64,000 nt of DNA from the NCBI GenBank assembly GCA_050015795.1, contig JBEKAS010000001.1:2118-66117 (forward strand), given 5' to 3'. The translations under genes were made by a program, and so were the position numbers. Of the stretch, positions 29,556-38,175 are shown piece after piece (positions within the stretch are counted from its first letter, which is position 1; each line of letters starts with the position of its first letter). Source of the stretch: Terracidiphilus sp. (GTDB lineage: Bacteria; Acidobacteriota; Terriglobia; Terriglobales; Acidobacteriaceae). The notes under the pieces were generated by a model that had not been told where the DNA came from, searched no databases, and saw nothing but the letters and a program-made list of their open reading frames with translations.

Positions 29556-31790
29556 TCATTGCCACTCGGTGCCCATATTATCGTCAGTAATCACGCGCAT
29601 ACCACTGAGGCGGCGGATCAGGCTCTCGCGCCCTTCGACGGGAGAGTTGCTATCATTCCAACCAACCACTCTCTTCAAATCCGGCAAGGAGACAATCTGT
29701 TCCAGCGCGGCACGGTCGGTTGATTTTGACAAATCGAAAACCGGGTGGCCGTCAATCCGATATGCCATCAGCGTCGATTTCAACTGCTCACTGTCGAATA
29801 CGATTGGGCTGTCGCTGACGGCGAGAAAGCTTGCAATGCGTAATGCATACGGAAAAACGGTGACGCCCGTTAGTTGCACTTCTCCGGACGACGTTGTGTT
29901 GTAATACTCAACGCCGCCGGCCTTCAGGTGTGCCCGGATCAGCTCGAGAAAATTGACTGACAAGAGATTCGAAACGTTCGCACGCCAATTGAATGTCGTA
30001 TTCATCAGGATGAAGTCAAACTTGCGATCGGGATGGGCAACAAGCCATCGGCGGCCATCGTCGATTGCAATGTGCACCTTCGGATTCTTTAGGAGACTGG
30101 CAACCTCAGGCCGTTTTCGAATCAGCGGCAGGTATCCCGGATTGATCTCGACAATGGTCACATCCCGCACCATCGGATCATTGGTCAATATCTGCGCCCA
30201 CGACCCAGACGAAAGACCGATGATTAACACCTCCTTCGGCGCGGGATGAATCGCCGGAATCGCATAGCAGCGGAAGATTCCATTCGTGTCGCGCACTGGA
30301 TCGGTATTGAAATGCCCGTCGTAGACTCCTCCTCCATAAACCGTTTCATGGTTGTCTACTGCGATTACGCCGCTACGGTTCTCCACAACATCAACGAGCC
30401 ACAAGCCGTGATGGTAAGCTCTCTTGAAAAGCAATCGCTCATAAATACCCGAATAAAGCTTTGGCGATAACACCGCCGCCAGAACGCAAATGACACATGC
30501 GAACGCTACAGCAATCTTCGACGGCCTTGGCTTTGCCATTAGCGCGAGAATGGAAGCAATCGCTGCTCCAAAGCCGAGAAGCGTGACCGACGTTGCACCG
30601 GTCGACCAATGGTCCAAAATCACAAAGCCGACAAGAAAGCTTCCCAGCGCCGATCCCACGATATTGCTCAGGTAGAGATAGCTGAGCTTCTTCCCCGCCT
30701 CTTCCGCCGGGCCGATTGCAGCGTGAGACAGGATCGGGAACGATGCACCGAGTAAACCTGCGGCGACAGCCACCAGCGCGTACATAATCTCGTAGGGAAG
30801 CCGCAGGACCCAAAGAGATAAGACCGGGCCAACAAGAAACGCTCCGATCGAACCTAGGAAGACCAGCGTTGCTCCAGCCCCGAGCGTTCGGCCCACCTCG
30901 TTCTTCAGTTTTCGCTTGCATTCCTCATGAACGGCAAACGCTCCATATGCAATTCCAAACAGATAGTACGCCAACAGACTTGCGAAGACCGGAGCCCTTC
31001 CTTCGCCCGCAAACGAGTAAATGCGAAACCAGATGATTTCGTATGCAAGCGCGATGAAGCCCGTGCAGGCAGCCAGGGCCATGCCCAATGCGAAGGGAAT
31101 GGTTTGACCTGGCTCATTGCTACTGGGAGCAGTCTCAAATCTCTCCCCCTTCCAATTCGGCCCACTTCGGTAAGCGAGAAACAATGCTGTCGCTCCCACA
31201 AGCAGGTTCATGCACGCCGCCAATCGAACCACGCTTGACTCTCCAAGGATGCGCATGAGAAACAAGGCAGCCATCACACACGCAACGCTGGAGCCAAAAG
31301 TATTCGCGGAATAGAGCGAACCCACTGACTGTCCCACATTATCTGTATGTTTCACTAGGTACGCGACGAGCAATGGCAATGTGCTCCCCATCAGGAGAGT
31401 CGGCGCGAGCAGAAGCGCAAATGTGATCGCGCCCGTTTCCGCAGTCGAAGCGCCCGCTGTGAATCTTGCCGCCCAACGAAAAAGCGGCAGGGAGCAAAAT
31501 CCAAATACGCCGATCGAAGTCTCAATTGCGCCGAAGGCTGTCAAAGCGGCCACGCGGCGCATCGTCGAAAGTCGTCCGCCGGCGAGACTGCCAAGGCCCA
31601 AACCAAGCATGAACACCGTCACAATCACCGTGACCGATTCCACGTTCACGCCATATATCGTGAAAAGCGCTCGTTGCCACACTGTCTGGTACAGAATCGC
31701 AGGAAATCCCGACACAAAAAAGAGCGCGAAGTATGGCCAAAGTTTCCCCTGCGCCCGCATCAAAGAGGATGAGGTTGTCGCACTGGACAT
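29556..31790 (-). CDS. Fused multi-TM membrane protein / spermidine-synthase-like SAM domain
   Basis: SGFPAILYQTVWQR, LGLGSLAGG, LYSANTFGS and the repeated YLSNIVGSALGS. C-terminal KEVLIIGLSSG, VEINP and DDGRRWL. Confidence 0.85.
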   Translation of the reverse strand: MSSATTSSSLMRAQGKLWPYFALFFVSGFPAILYQTVWQRALFTIYGVNVESVTVIVTVFMLGLGLGSLAGGRLSTMRRVAALTAFGAIETSIGVFGFCSLPLFRWAARFTAGASTAETGAITFALLLAPTLLMGSTLPLLVAYLVKHTDNVGQSVGSLYSANTFGSSVACVMAALFLMRILGESSVVRLAACMNLLVGATALFLAYRSGPNWKGERFETAPSSNEPGQTIPFALGMALAACTGFIALAYEIIWFRIYSFAGEGRAPVFASLLAYYLFGIAYGAFAVHEECKRKLKNEVGRTLGAGATLVFLGSIGAFLVGPVLSLWVLRLPYEIMYALVAVAAGLLGASFPILSHAAIGPAEEAGKKLSYLYLSNIVGSALGSFLVGFVILDHWSTGATSVTLLGFGAAIASILALMAKPRPSKIAVAFACVICVLAAVLSPKLYSGIYERLLFKRAYHHGLWLVDVVENRSGVIAVDNHETVYGGGVYDGHFNTDPVRDTNGIFRCYAIPAIHPAPKEVLIIGLSSGSWAQILTNDPMVRDVTIVEINPGYLPLIRKRPEVASLLKNPKVHIAIDDGRRWLVAHPDRKFDFILMNTTFNWRANVSNLLSVNFLELIRAHLKAGGVEYYNTTSSGEVQLTGVTVFPYALRIASFLAVSDSPIVFDSEQLKSTLMAYRIDGHPVFDLSKSTDRAALEQIVSLPDLKRVVGWNDSNSPVEGRESLIRRLSGMRVITDDNMGTEWQ

Positions 31791-31915
31791 AATAGTGTCC
31801 TGGATTATAACAGCCGATCAGGATTCTGCCATCGCAGTTCTTCAGTTCGTGTCGAGCAGCGCCCCAATCGCCAGGTGGCGTTTCCTCTTTATGAACCTGT
31901 CATATCGTTCGCTTC

Positions 31916-32128
31916 TCAATACCTCACAACTTGAACTGTAGGGTCAACACTAACATACGTGCCACTGATTCCGCGCTTGACGAGGCTCCAGAAGTTTTCG
32001 AGGCCGTTGGTATGGACGCGGCTAACCACCTTGCGCTGCTCGATTCGCAGGACCGTGCCGGGTTCCCCAAAGGCACAGCCGCGCAAGCGCACCTTTGCGC
32101 CGATGGGGAATTGTTCGGAGGCGGTCAT
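31916..32128 (-). pseudogene. Chimeric ORF: small phage-like protein N-terminus joined to an IS1595 transposase fragment
   Basis: First half FPIGAKVRLRGCAFGEPGTVLRIEQRKV. Second half VHTNGLENFWSLVKRGISGTYVSV. Confidence 0.55.
31940..32017 (-). mobile_element. IS1595-family transposase fragment
   Basis: VHTNGLENFWSLVKRGISGTYVSVDP matches the conserved HTN.iEnfWS.lKRgi.GtY segment around the catalytic Glu. Confidence 0.75.
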
Positions 32129-32539
32129 TGCAGTGCCTTCAGTGGATCGTCAAGCGCCACAACGCAGCCGCAAGCCTCCAGACGGTCGAGCAGGCCCGAC
32201 AATTCCCAGCCCCCAGCAAGCCAGTCTTTCCCCGCTCAATCGGGCGGCCAACTGCATCAGCGTCGTGCGGATGATTTTCTCGGTATTTGTGGCGGTTGAG
32301 CACTCCGATAATCGAACCGGGGCATCCTTCGGGGACCACGAGATAAGCCGCACACCGGCAGGCATGGCCGGACGGCGGGCAAGTTCGGCGAGCAGTTCCG
32401 CCTTATGCTGGCGCAACTCTCCCATCACGGGCGCGGCGGCGGTTGCCGGAACGATCCCCAGCCGGTCGCCATCGATCATGAATCGACCGCCAGCCAACTC
32501 GACAATTTGAATCAGCTCCAAGGCCGCGCTCACAGCCAA
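32125..32539 (-). pseudogene. Frameshifted phage/ICE-type small protein (TubC N-terminal-docking-like)
   Basis: LIQIVELAGGRFMIDGDRLGIV...ELRQHKAELLAEL. A shift at the GGGG near 32230 gives KDWLAGGWELSGLLDRLEACGCVVALDDPLKALQ*, whose TGA overlaps the next ATG (ATGA). Confidence 0.55.
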
Positions 32540-32756
32540 ACGTCCTCCGAAAAGCTCCTACCCAACTTCTCAGAATTGAGGGGAGTTCCCGTCCTTGCGG
32601 GAACAAGCAATTCGTCAGTGTTTACGCACTGTTCGATAGGAGAAGAATTGCTTGGCCTTCTTGGAAAGGCTCTGATTATGCCGATTCACAATACGTCTCG
32701 AGCGCCTCTTGTATGGATGCGGAGTTGCAGGTCGGTATGATCCTAGAATCGGCATG

Positions 32757-33040
32757 ATGCCGCAACTCGTGTAAAGCCCCGCACGCCCTTTGTGGCCTGC
32801 AGGTATCTTCTTCAGGATTCCGATCGATGCGGTATCTTCGTGCCGATAAGACAACTCCGTCGTGTCGTGAAGAACCAGAAAGGGAAAGCCACGGCTAGCG
32901 GAAAATCTCTCGCGCGTGCAGGCAAAATAACCGGCGAGAATATTGGATTCGCTGATCCGTTCGTTGCCAAAGAAGCGGTAAACCGCCTTGGTGTTGGCCC
33001 AATCCTGACATGCCGACGGCGTGGTCGCACCTACCCGTAG
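32757..33040 (-). mobile_element. IS4-family (Tn5/IS50-like) transposase fragment
   Basis: Minus frame ACQDWANTKAVYRFFGNERISESNILAGYF...LVLHDTTELSY...CGI covers the Tn5-type DNA-binding segment and first catalytic Asp. Confidence 0.78.
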
Positions 33041-33406
33041 ATTTCATGACGGAGGATGGGTCGCGGTTCATGTCTGACGCGAGGAGTTCCCCAAAAGCAT
33101 TGCGATACTCGTAGCCGAAGAGGCACGTTCAGGTTTGGCGCTCTGTTGCAGGTGCTCGGGGAGACCAGATAGATACCCGTCCGTTATTTTGGGGCAATCC
33201 GGTGCGCAATTCGGCATATAAGAAGATTAGGCACGGTGTGGCTTGGGGTCCCAAGAATACCGGCTTTGGACTGTGGCGTTCGGGCTTGAGTAGCGCTTAT
33301 CCAGGGCTGACTTGGCCGATGCAAGAACTTGTCATCAATGGGATTGCCGAGTTGCTGCTCAGGTCCTCTAGGAGTCTCCTAGGCGTTCTGTGATTAGAGG
33401 ATTGGA

Positions 33407-34345
33407 ATGACCAAGAAGTTGATTACGATCATCACTCCGTGCCACAACGAAGAACTCAATGTGCGGGAGGTTCATCGGCGTGTGATGGCAATGGCGGCAC
33501 AGCTTCCCGAATATCGCTTCGAGCATCTGTTTGCTGATAATGCATCAAAGGATGGTACAGTTGCCGTACTGCGCGAGATGGCTGCCGAAGATCCCAGCGT
33601 CAAAGTGATCGTTAACGCACGCAACTTTGGCCCCGACCGCTCGGGAATGCATGCGTTTCTGCAGGCGGAGGGAGATGCGGTTGGATCGATAGCTGCCGAC
33701 CTGCAGGATCCGCCCGAGCTATTCGTGGAAATGATTCGCGAATGGGAAAAAGGCTGTCCGATCGTAGCCGCAATCAAAAACTCGAGCGATGAGAGCGGAC
33801 TGATGTACCGCGTGCGCACCGCCTACTATCGCCTGGTTTCGCGCCTCACCAATGTAGAGATCCTGGAGCACTTTACAGGCTTCGGGCTCTATGATCGTTC
33901 CGTTGTGGAGCATATCCGCAACAACTTCCGAGACCCCTATCCTTACTTCCGGGGAATGATTGCGGAGCTTGGACTGCCATGTGCCAAAGTTCTCTACAAT
34001 CAGCAGCGCCGCGAGCGCGGCAACACCAAGAACAACTTCTACTCTCTTTACGACTTTGCTATGCTGGGCATCACCAACCTTTCCAAAGTGCCTTTGCGCC
34101 TGGTGATCGGGTGCGGCTTCGTCTCCGCCACAATCAGCTTTTTGATCGGTATGATCTACCTCGCGTACAAGCTTGTATTCTGGAGCAGGTTTTCTGTCGG
34201 CGTCGCTCCAGTAGTCCTCGGCTTGTTTTTTCTTGGTTCGGTACAGTTGATTGCGCTGGGGATCATCGGTGAATACGTGGGCTCCATCCACACATTTGTG
34301 CTGAATCGCCCCCTGGTTACTGAGAAAGAACGCATCAACTTCTGA
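33407..34345 (+). CDS. GT2 polyprenol-phosphate glycosyltransferase (GtrB/ArnC-like)
   Basis: ITPCHNEE, DNASKDGT, NARNFG, AADLQDPPE, two C-terminal TMs and LGIIGEY...RP. Confidence 0.9.
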   Translation: MTKKLITIITPCHNEELNVREVHRRVMAMAAQLPEYRFEHLFADNASKDGTVAVLREMAAEDPSVKVIVNARNFGPDRSGMHAFLQAEGDAVGSIAADLQDPPELFVEMIREWEKGCPIVAAIKNSSDESGLMYRVRTAYYRLVSRLTNVEILEHFTGFGLYDRSVVEHIRNNFRDPYPYFRGMIAELGLPCAKVLYNQQRRERGNTKNNFYSLYDFAMLGITNLSKVPLRLVIGCGFVSATISFLIGMIYLAYKLVFWSRFSVGVAPVVLGLFFLGSVQLIALGIIGEYVGSIHTFVLNRPLVTEKERINF

Positions 34346-34360
34346 AGGATCTCGATCTTA

Positions 34361-34834
34361 GTGAAGCCGCATTCGCACAAGTCGGTTGGGCAATTTGTGC
34401 GATACATCGTGGTTGGGGGATTCAATACTGTTTTCGGCTATGGCGTCTTTGCGCTGCTCACCTGGTCGTTCAGGGGACTGGGTTCCTATAACTACATGTA
34501 TGCGGCAGTCTTGGCGAATGTGATCGCCATCAGCATGGCGTATCTAGGATACAAATGGTTCGTTTTTCGAACCCGCGGGAACTACCTGATTGAATGGATA
34601 CGCTGCTTTGGAGTGTACGGGAGCAGTGCGCTCATCGGTTTGGCCGGCCTGCCCATTCTGGTTCCAATTCTGCGCCACGTGCTGCACAGTCCGGAACAGG
34701 CCCCGTACATTGCAGGGGCCCTTTTAATGATGGTGACCGTGCTGTTCAGCTTCTTTGGCCACAAGAATTTTTCGTTCAGGCAGAAACAGATCGAAGAAGG
34801 TGCGAAGTCGCACTCCGAAGTGCCGCCTGCATAA
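34361..34834 (+). CDS. GtrA-family lipid-linked sugar flippase
   Basis: QFVRYIVVGGFNTVFGY, four TMs, YKWFVF and SFFGHKNFSF. Confidence 0.88.
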   Translation: MKPHSHKSVGQFVRYIVVGGFNTVFGYGVFALLTWSFRGLGSYNYMYAAVLANVIAISMAYLGYKWFVFRTRGNYLIEWIRCFGVYGSSALIGLAGLPILVPILRHVLHSPEQAPYIAGALLMMVTVLFSFFGHKNFSFRQKQIEEGAKSHSEVPPA

Positions 34835-34964
34835 GTGGAGGGTTCCGATCTGATCGCCCGAGCTGTTGTACCGGAATCAGGTGCCGTCAAACTGCCGGAC
34901 ACATTGAAAGCGCGGCCTAGCCTATGCAGACATCCGGCCGCGCTCGTTTGAAAGGAAGAACACT

Positions 34965-37073
34965 TTGGCTAGCAACTTTACGGTTCAAGATGTGCTGGGA
35001 ATCCTCATAGTCCTTCCTTTCTTTTCGCTGGCCCTGATTGCCCCTGGCTACCTTATTGGCTTTGCTTCGAATGTCCTGGACTTCAGGCGAAGGGGCTTCT
35101 CCGAGCGATTGCTGCTGGCCATCGCGATCTCAGCCGCAGTGTCGCCTTATGCGATCAACATTTTATGCCGCTTTTTCTCTGTCGGAATTGTATCGGCGCT
35201 TTACCTTTTGCTCGGTGTCGCGTTCGTGGCCAGGCTTCTGCTTGAATGGAGACGCAGCAATTACGTGTTTCATATTGATTTACATAGGACTACCAAGCTA
35301 GCCATCTGTTTGGTTTCTGTGTGGATTGTTGTTTGCCTCATCTCGCTGCCGGACATGCAACTGGGACAGAAAATTTACTCTGCGGCGGCGACCTGGGACT
35401 ACTCGGTGCGCAGTCCCTTCATCGCTTCGGCGCTTCGCACTGGTGCTCCGCCTGCTAGTCCATTTTTCTATCCGGGACACTCCGTACCTGCGCGCTATTA
35501 CTACTACTGGAACGTATTATGCGCATTGCCGGCATTCATGTCGCGGGGCAGTGCCCGGGTTACGCTCTACGCCAGTTGCATATGGAGCGGCCTGCTTCTC
35601 GCTTCAATGATTCCCATCTATTTGAAGCATTTTCTCGAGCAATCTTCCAAATTGCGCACCGCATCTCTCGTCGGGATTGCAATACTTTCGGTGACGGGCC
35701 TGGATTTGATTCCGACCCTTGGGATTATTGCCTTTGCGCATGTACATCTGCCTGCCGATATGGAATGGTGGGATCCGTGCGAGATCGCATCGTGGCTGGA
35801 TGCATCGATCTGGGTACCTCATCATGTAGCGGCGCTGGTGGCCTGCCTGGCGGCGTATTTGTTTCTCTGGAAGGCCACATGCAAAGCAGACTCCTCGACA
35901 CGGATTTGGCTCATTGCGCTTGCTGCGCTTGGCTTCACCAGTGCCGCTGGGCTTTCCGTTTACGTCACGTTCGCCTTCGGGGGATTCATCGTCACATGGG
36001 AGGCATACCTGCTGATGCGAGGTAAGTTTTCCGCCGCGGTTATTCATGGTGCTGCAGGCACCCTGGCTCTGCTGTTCTCAGTCGGTTACATTCGAGATCT
36101 TCTCGGCCCTGGAACGAGCGCTAGCGGGTCCAGCGGAGCAAGCAGCCATTTTGTTGCGTTTGCTCTGCGGCAACTTCCCTTTGTATTCGATTTTCACAAC
36201 AACTTAGCCAATTTCAGCCTTTGGGTTCTGCTTGCCCTCCTCATTCTTTTTCTTGAACTGGGGGTATATATGTTGGTCGGCCTGATTCAGGCAAACCGCG
36301 ATTGGCGCCGATGGCGAACTCTTTCAGAGGCACAGAAGGCATTGTGGGTTATGGCCGGTTCTTCCCTCGTGATGATCATGTTTGTTCGGTCAACCGTGAT
36401 CGGAGCCAACGATCTCGCCTCGAGAGGCTCCATGGTTCTGCAGTTTGTACTTCTTCTTTGGACCACCGTCTATCTGACGAATCGCTTTTCAGCTCATCGA
36501 GAAGCACCGGCCAGGGGCCTGTCGGACCAGCAGTTGTTCGACGCGACGCTCTTCTTGCTTTTGGCAATTGGCGGTGCATCGACTCTCTATCAGTTGGGAA
36601 TGCTCCGTGTTTACACGCTTTTGAGCGATCGGTACCATTGGACAGATTTTATGCAGCTGGCAAACGGAGATGAGACCTTTGCCCTCCGCAGCGCATACGC
36701 GGAGTTAGATCGCGTGGTACCGGCAAACGCGGTGGTCCAATACAACCCCGATAGCAAACTGACCACTCCGATGCTGATCTATTCTCGCTATCAGCAGGCA
36801 GCTGGAGATCCTGGCTGCATTACGACATTCGGTGGATCAATGGCCGAGTGCGCGCCCGTGCAAGCCGGATTACAAGTTATATTCGATCCTCAGGCTGGCA
36901 GGTTTTCCTCAAAGGCCGAGGTAGATAAGATTTGCCAGGCGTTGCACATCAATGTGCTGATAGTGAACGCTCGCGATCCCATATGGAATAGAAGAGATAC
37001 TTGGGTTTGGCAAGATACTCCCATGATCCAGAATAAATTCGTTCGGGTTTACCGGTGCGGAAGCGGTCCCTGA
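34965..37073 (+). CDS. Large polytopic membrane protein, putative GT-C glycosyltransferase
   Basis: Many TMs, an early loop with WDYSVR...PPASPFF...RYYYYW, WVPHH, and a soluble C-terminal domain. Confidence 0.6.
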   Translation: MASNFTVQDVLGILIVLPFFSLALIAPGYLIGFASNVLDFRRRGFSERLLLAIAISAAVSPYAINILCRFFSVGIVSALYLLLGVAFVARLLLEWRRSNYVFHIDLHRTTKLAICLVSVWIVVCLISLPDMQLGQKIYSAAATWDYSVRSPFIASALRTGAPPASPFFYPGHSVPARYYYYWNVLCALPAFMSRGSARVTLYASCIWSGLLLASMIPIYLKHFLEQSSKLRTASLVGIAILSVTGLDLIPTLGIIAFAHVHLPADMEWWDPCEIASWLDASIWVPHHVAALVACLAAYLFLWKATCKADSSTRIWLIALAALGFTSAAGLSVYVTFAFGGFIVTWEAYLLMRGKFSAAVIHGAAGTLALLFSVGYIRDLLGPGTSASGSSGASSHFVAFALRQLPFVFDFHNNLANFSLWVLLALLILFLELGVYMLVGLIQANRDWRRWRTLSEAQKALWVMAGSSLVMIMFVRSTVIGANDLASRGSMVLQFVLLLWTTVYLTNRFSAHREAPARGLSDQQLFDATLFLLLAIGGASTLYQLGMLRVYTLLSDRYHWTDFMQLANGDETFALRSAYAELDRVVPANAVVQYNPDSKLTTPMLIYSRYQQAAGDPGCITTFGGSMAECAPVQAGLQVIFDPQAGRFSSKAEVDKICQALHINVLIVNARDPIWNRRDTWVWQDTPMIQNKFVRVYRCGSGP

Positions 37074-37210
37074 TCGGGATGCAGAGCGGGTACGACGGTC
37101 ATTTGGACGGGGATTAGGGACGCACACCCCAGGGCGCCACGCGCACGGCCGAGGATCGATTATCCAGATTGCGGTCGCTGCTTTAGACTGACCTGGTTGA
37201 GGTAAAAAGA

Positions 37211-38071
37211 ATGGTCGCATGGATCGCAACGGGCTTTTGCCTGCTTTGGCTTTGGACTAGGGCCGTAGGGCTGCCCGAAGCCCTCCAGGGATGCGCGTGG
37301 GTCATTGTGCGCATGGCCTTTCCGCGCAGGCCATCCTGGGCGAAGGCGATCATGCCTCGACCGAGAATCGTGGAAGTCCGTATTCCCGGCCATCCGTACG
37401 TGTATTACGCGCGATGGCCAGCCTCCGACCTGCACATTCTGCACACCGTGGTCCGGCGTGGTGAGTACGCCCCCTTGGACCGCTATCTCGACAGCAGGCG
37501 GGAGATTCTCTTCCTCGATCTCGGAGCCAATATCGGCGCAACGTCGCGGTACTTCCTCAATCGCTATCCGGGATCGAGCGTGCTTGCCGTGGAACCCGAT
37601 TCCGCCAATATTGAAATGTTCCGCAGGAATCTAGAACCGTATCACGATCGGGTTCGTCTAATTCATGCCGCTGTGTGGAACTGCAATACCACGCTGGTGT
37701 TCGACCAGGAGTCGACGCAAACGGGAACCGAAGCGGGGATCCGTCTTCGCGAATCCGCGCCCGGTGAAGCGACCGCGGACTCTGTGCAGGGTGTCGACAT
37801 TCCGACTCTGCTCGCCGGAAATGGCGTGACGATGCACAGCCAGATCGTGGTGAAGATGGATGTGGAAGGCAGCGAGGAAGCGATTTTCCGGGGTTCGAAC
37901 CTGGAGTGGCTAGACAAGGTCAGCTGCATGGCGATCGAGCTTCACGATCACGTGAACCCGAACTGCAGCCGAAATTTCTATGCAGCGATGCAAGGCCGGA
38001 TGCGCGGGACCCCGCAAAAGATCAGTGAAACGCTCTTCGTGGGGCTCAGCGGTGGTTCAACCGCGGCATAA
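37211..38071 (+). CDS. FkbM-family methyltransferase
   Basis: LDLGANIG, VEPDSAN, HAAVW, VKMDVEGSE and IELHD. Confidence 0.88.
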   Translation: MVAWIATGFCLLWLWTRAVGLPEALQGCAWVIVRMAFPRRPSWAKAIMPRPRIVEVRIPGHPYVYYARWPASDLHILHTVVRRGEYAPLDRYLDSRREILFLDLGANIGATSRYFLNRYPGSSVLAVEPDSANIEMFRRNLEPYHDRVRLIHAAVWNCNTTLVFDQESTQTGTEAGIRLRESAPGEATADSVQGVDIPTLLAGNGVTMHSQIVVKMDVEGSEEAIFRGSNLEWLDKVSCMAIELHDHVNPNCSRNFYAAMQGRMRGTPQKISETLFVGLSGGSTAA

Positions 38072-38175
38072 TCTCCCGATTGCTACGGTTCGCAATAAAA
38101 TTCAGATAACAAAGGGCTATCTGCGCGGTCGTTCCGCAAAGGGCAGTGAGGATTTTTATGCTTTTTTTCAGCAAC

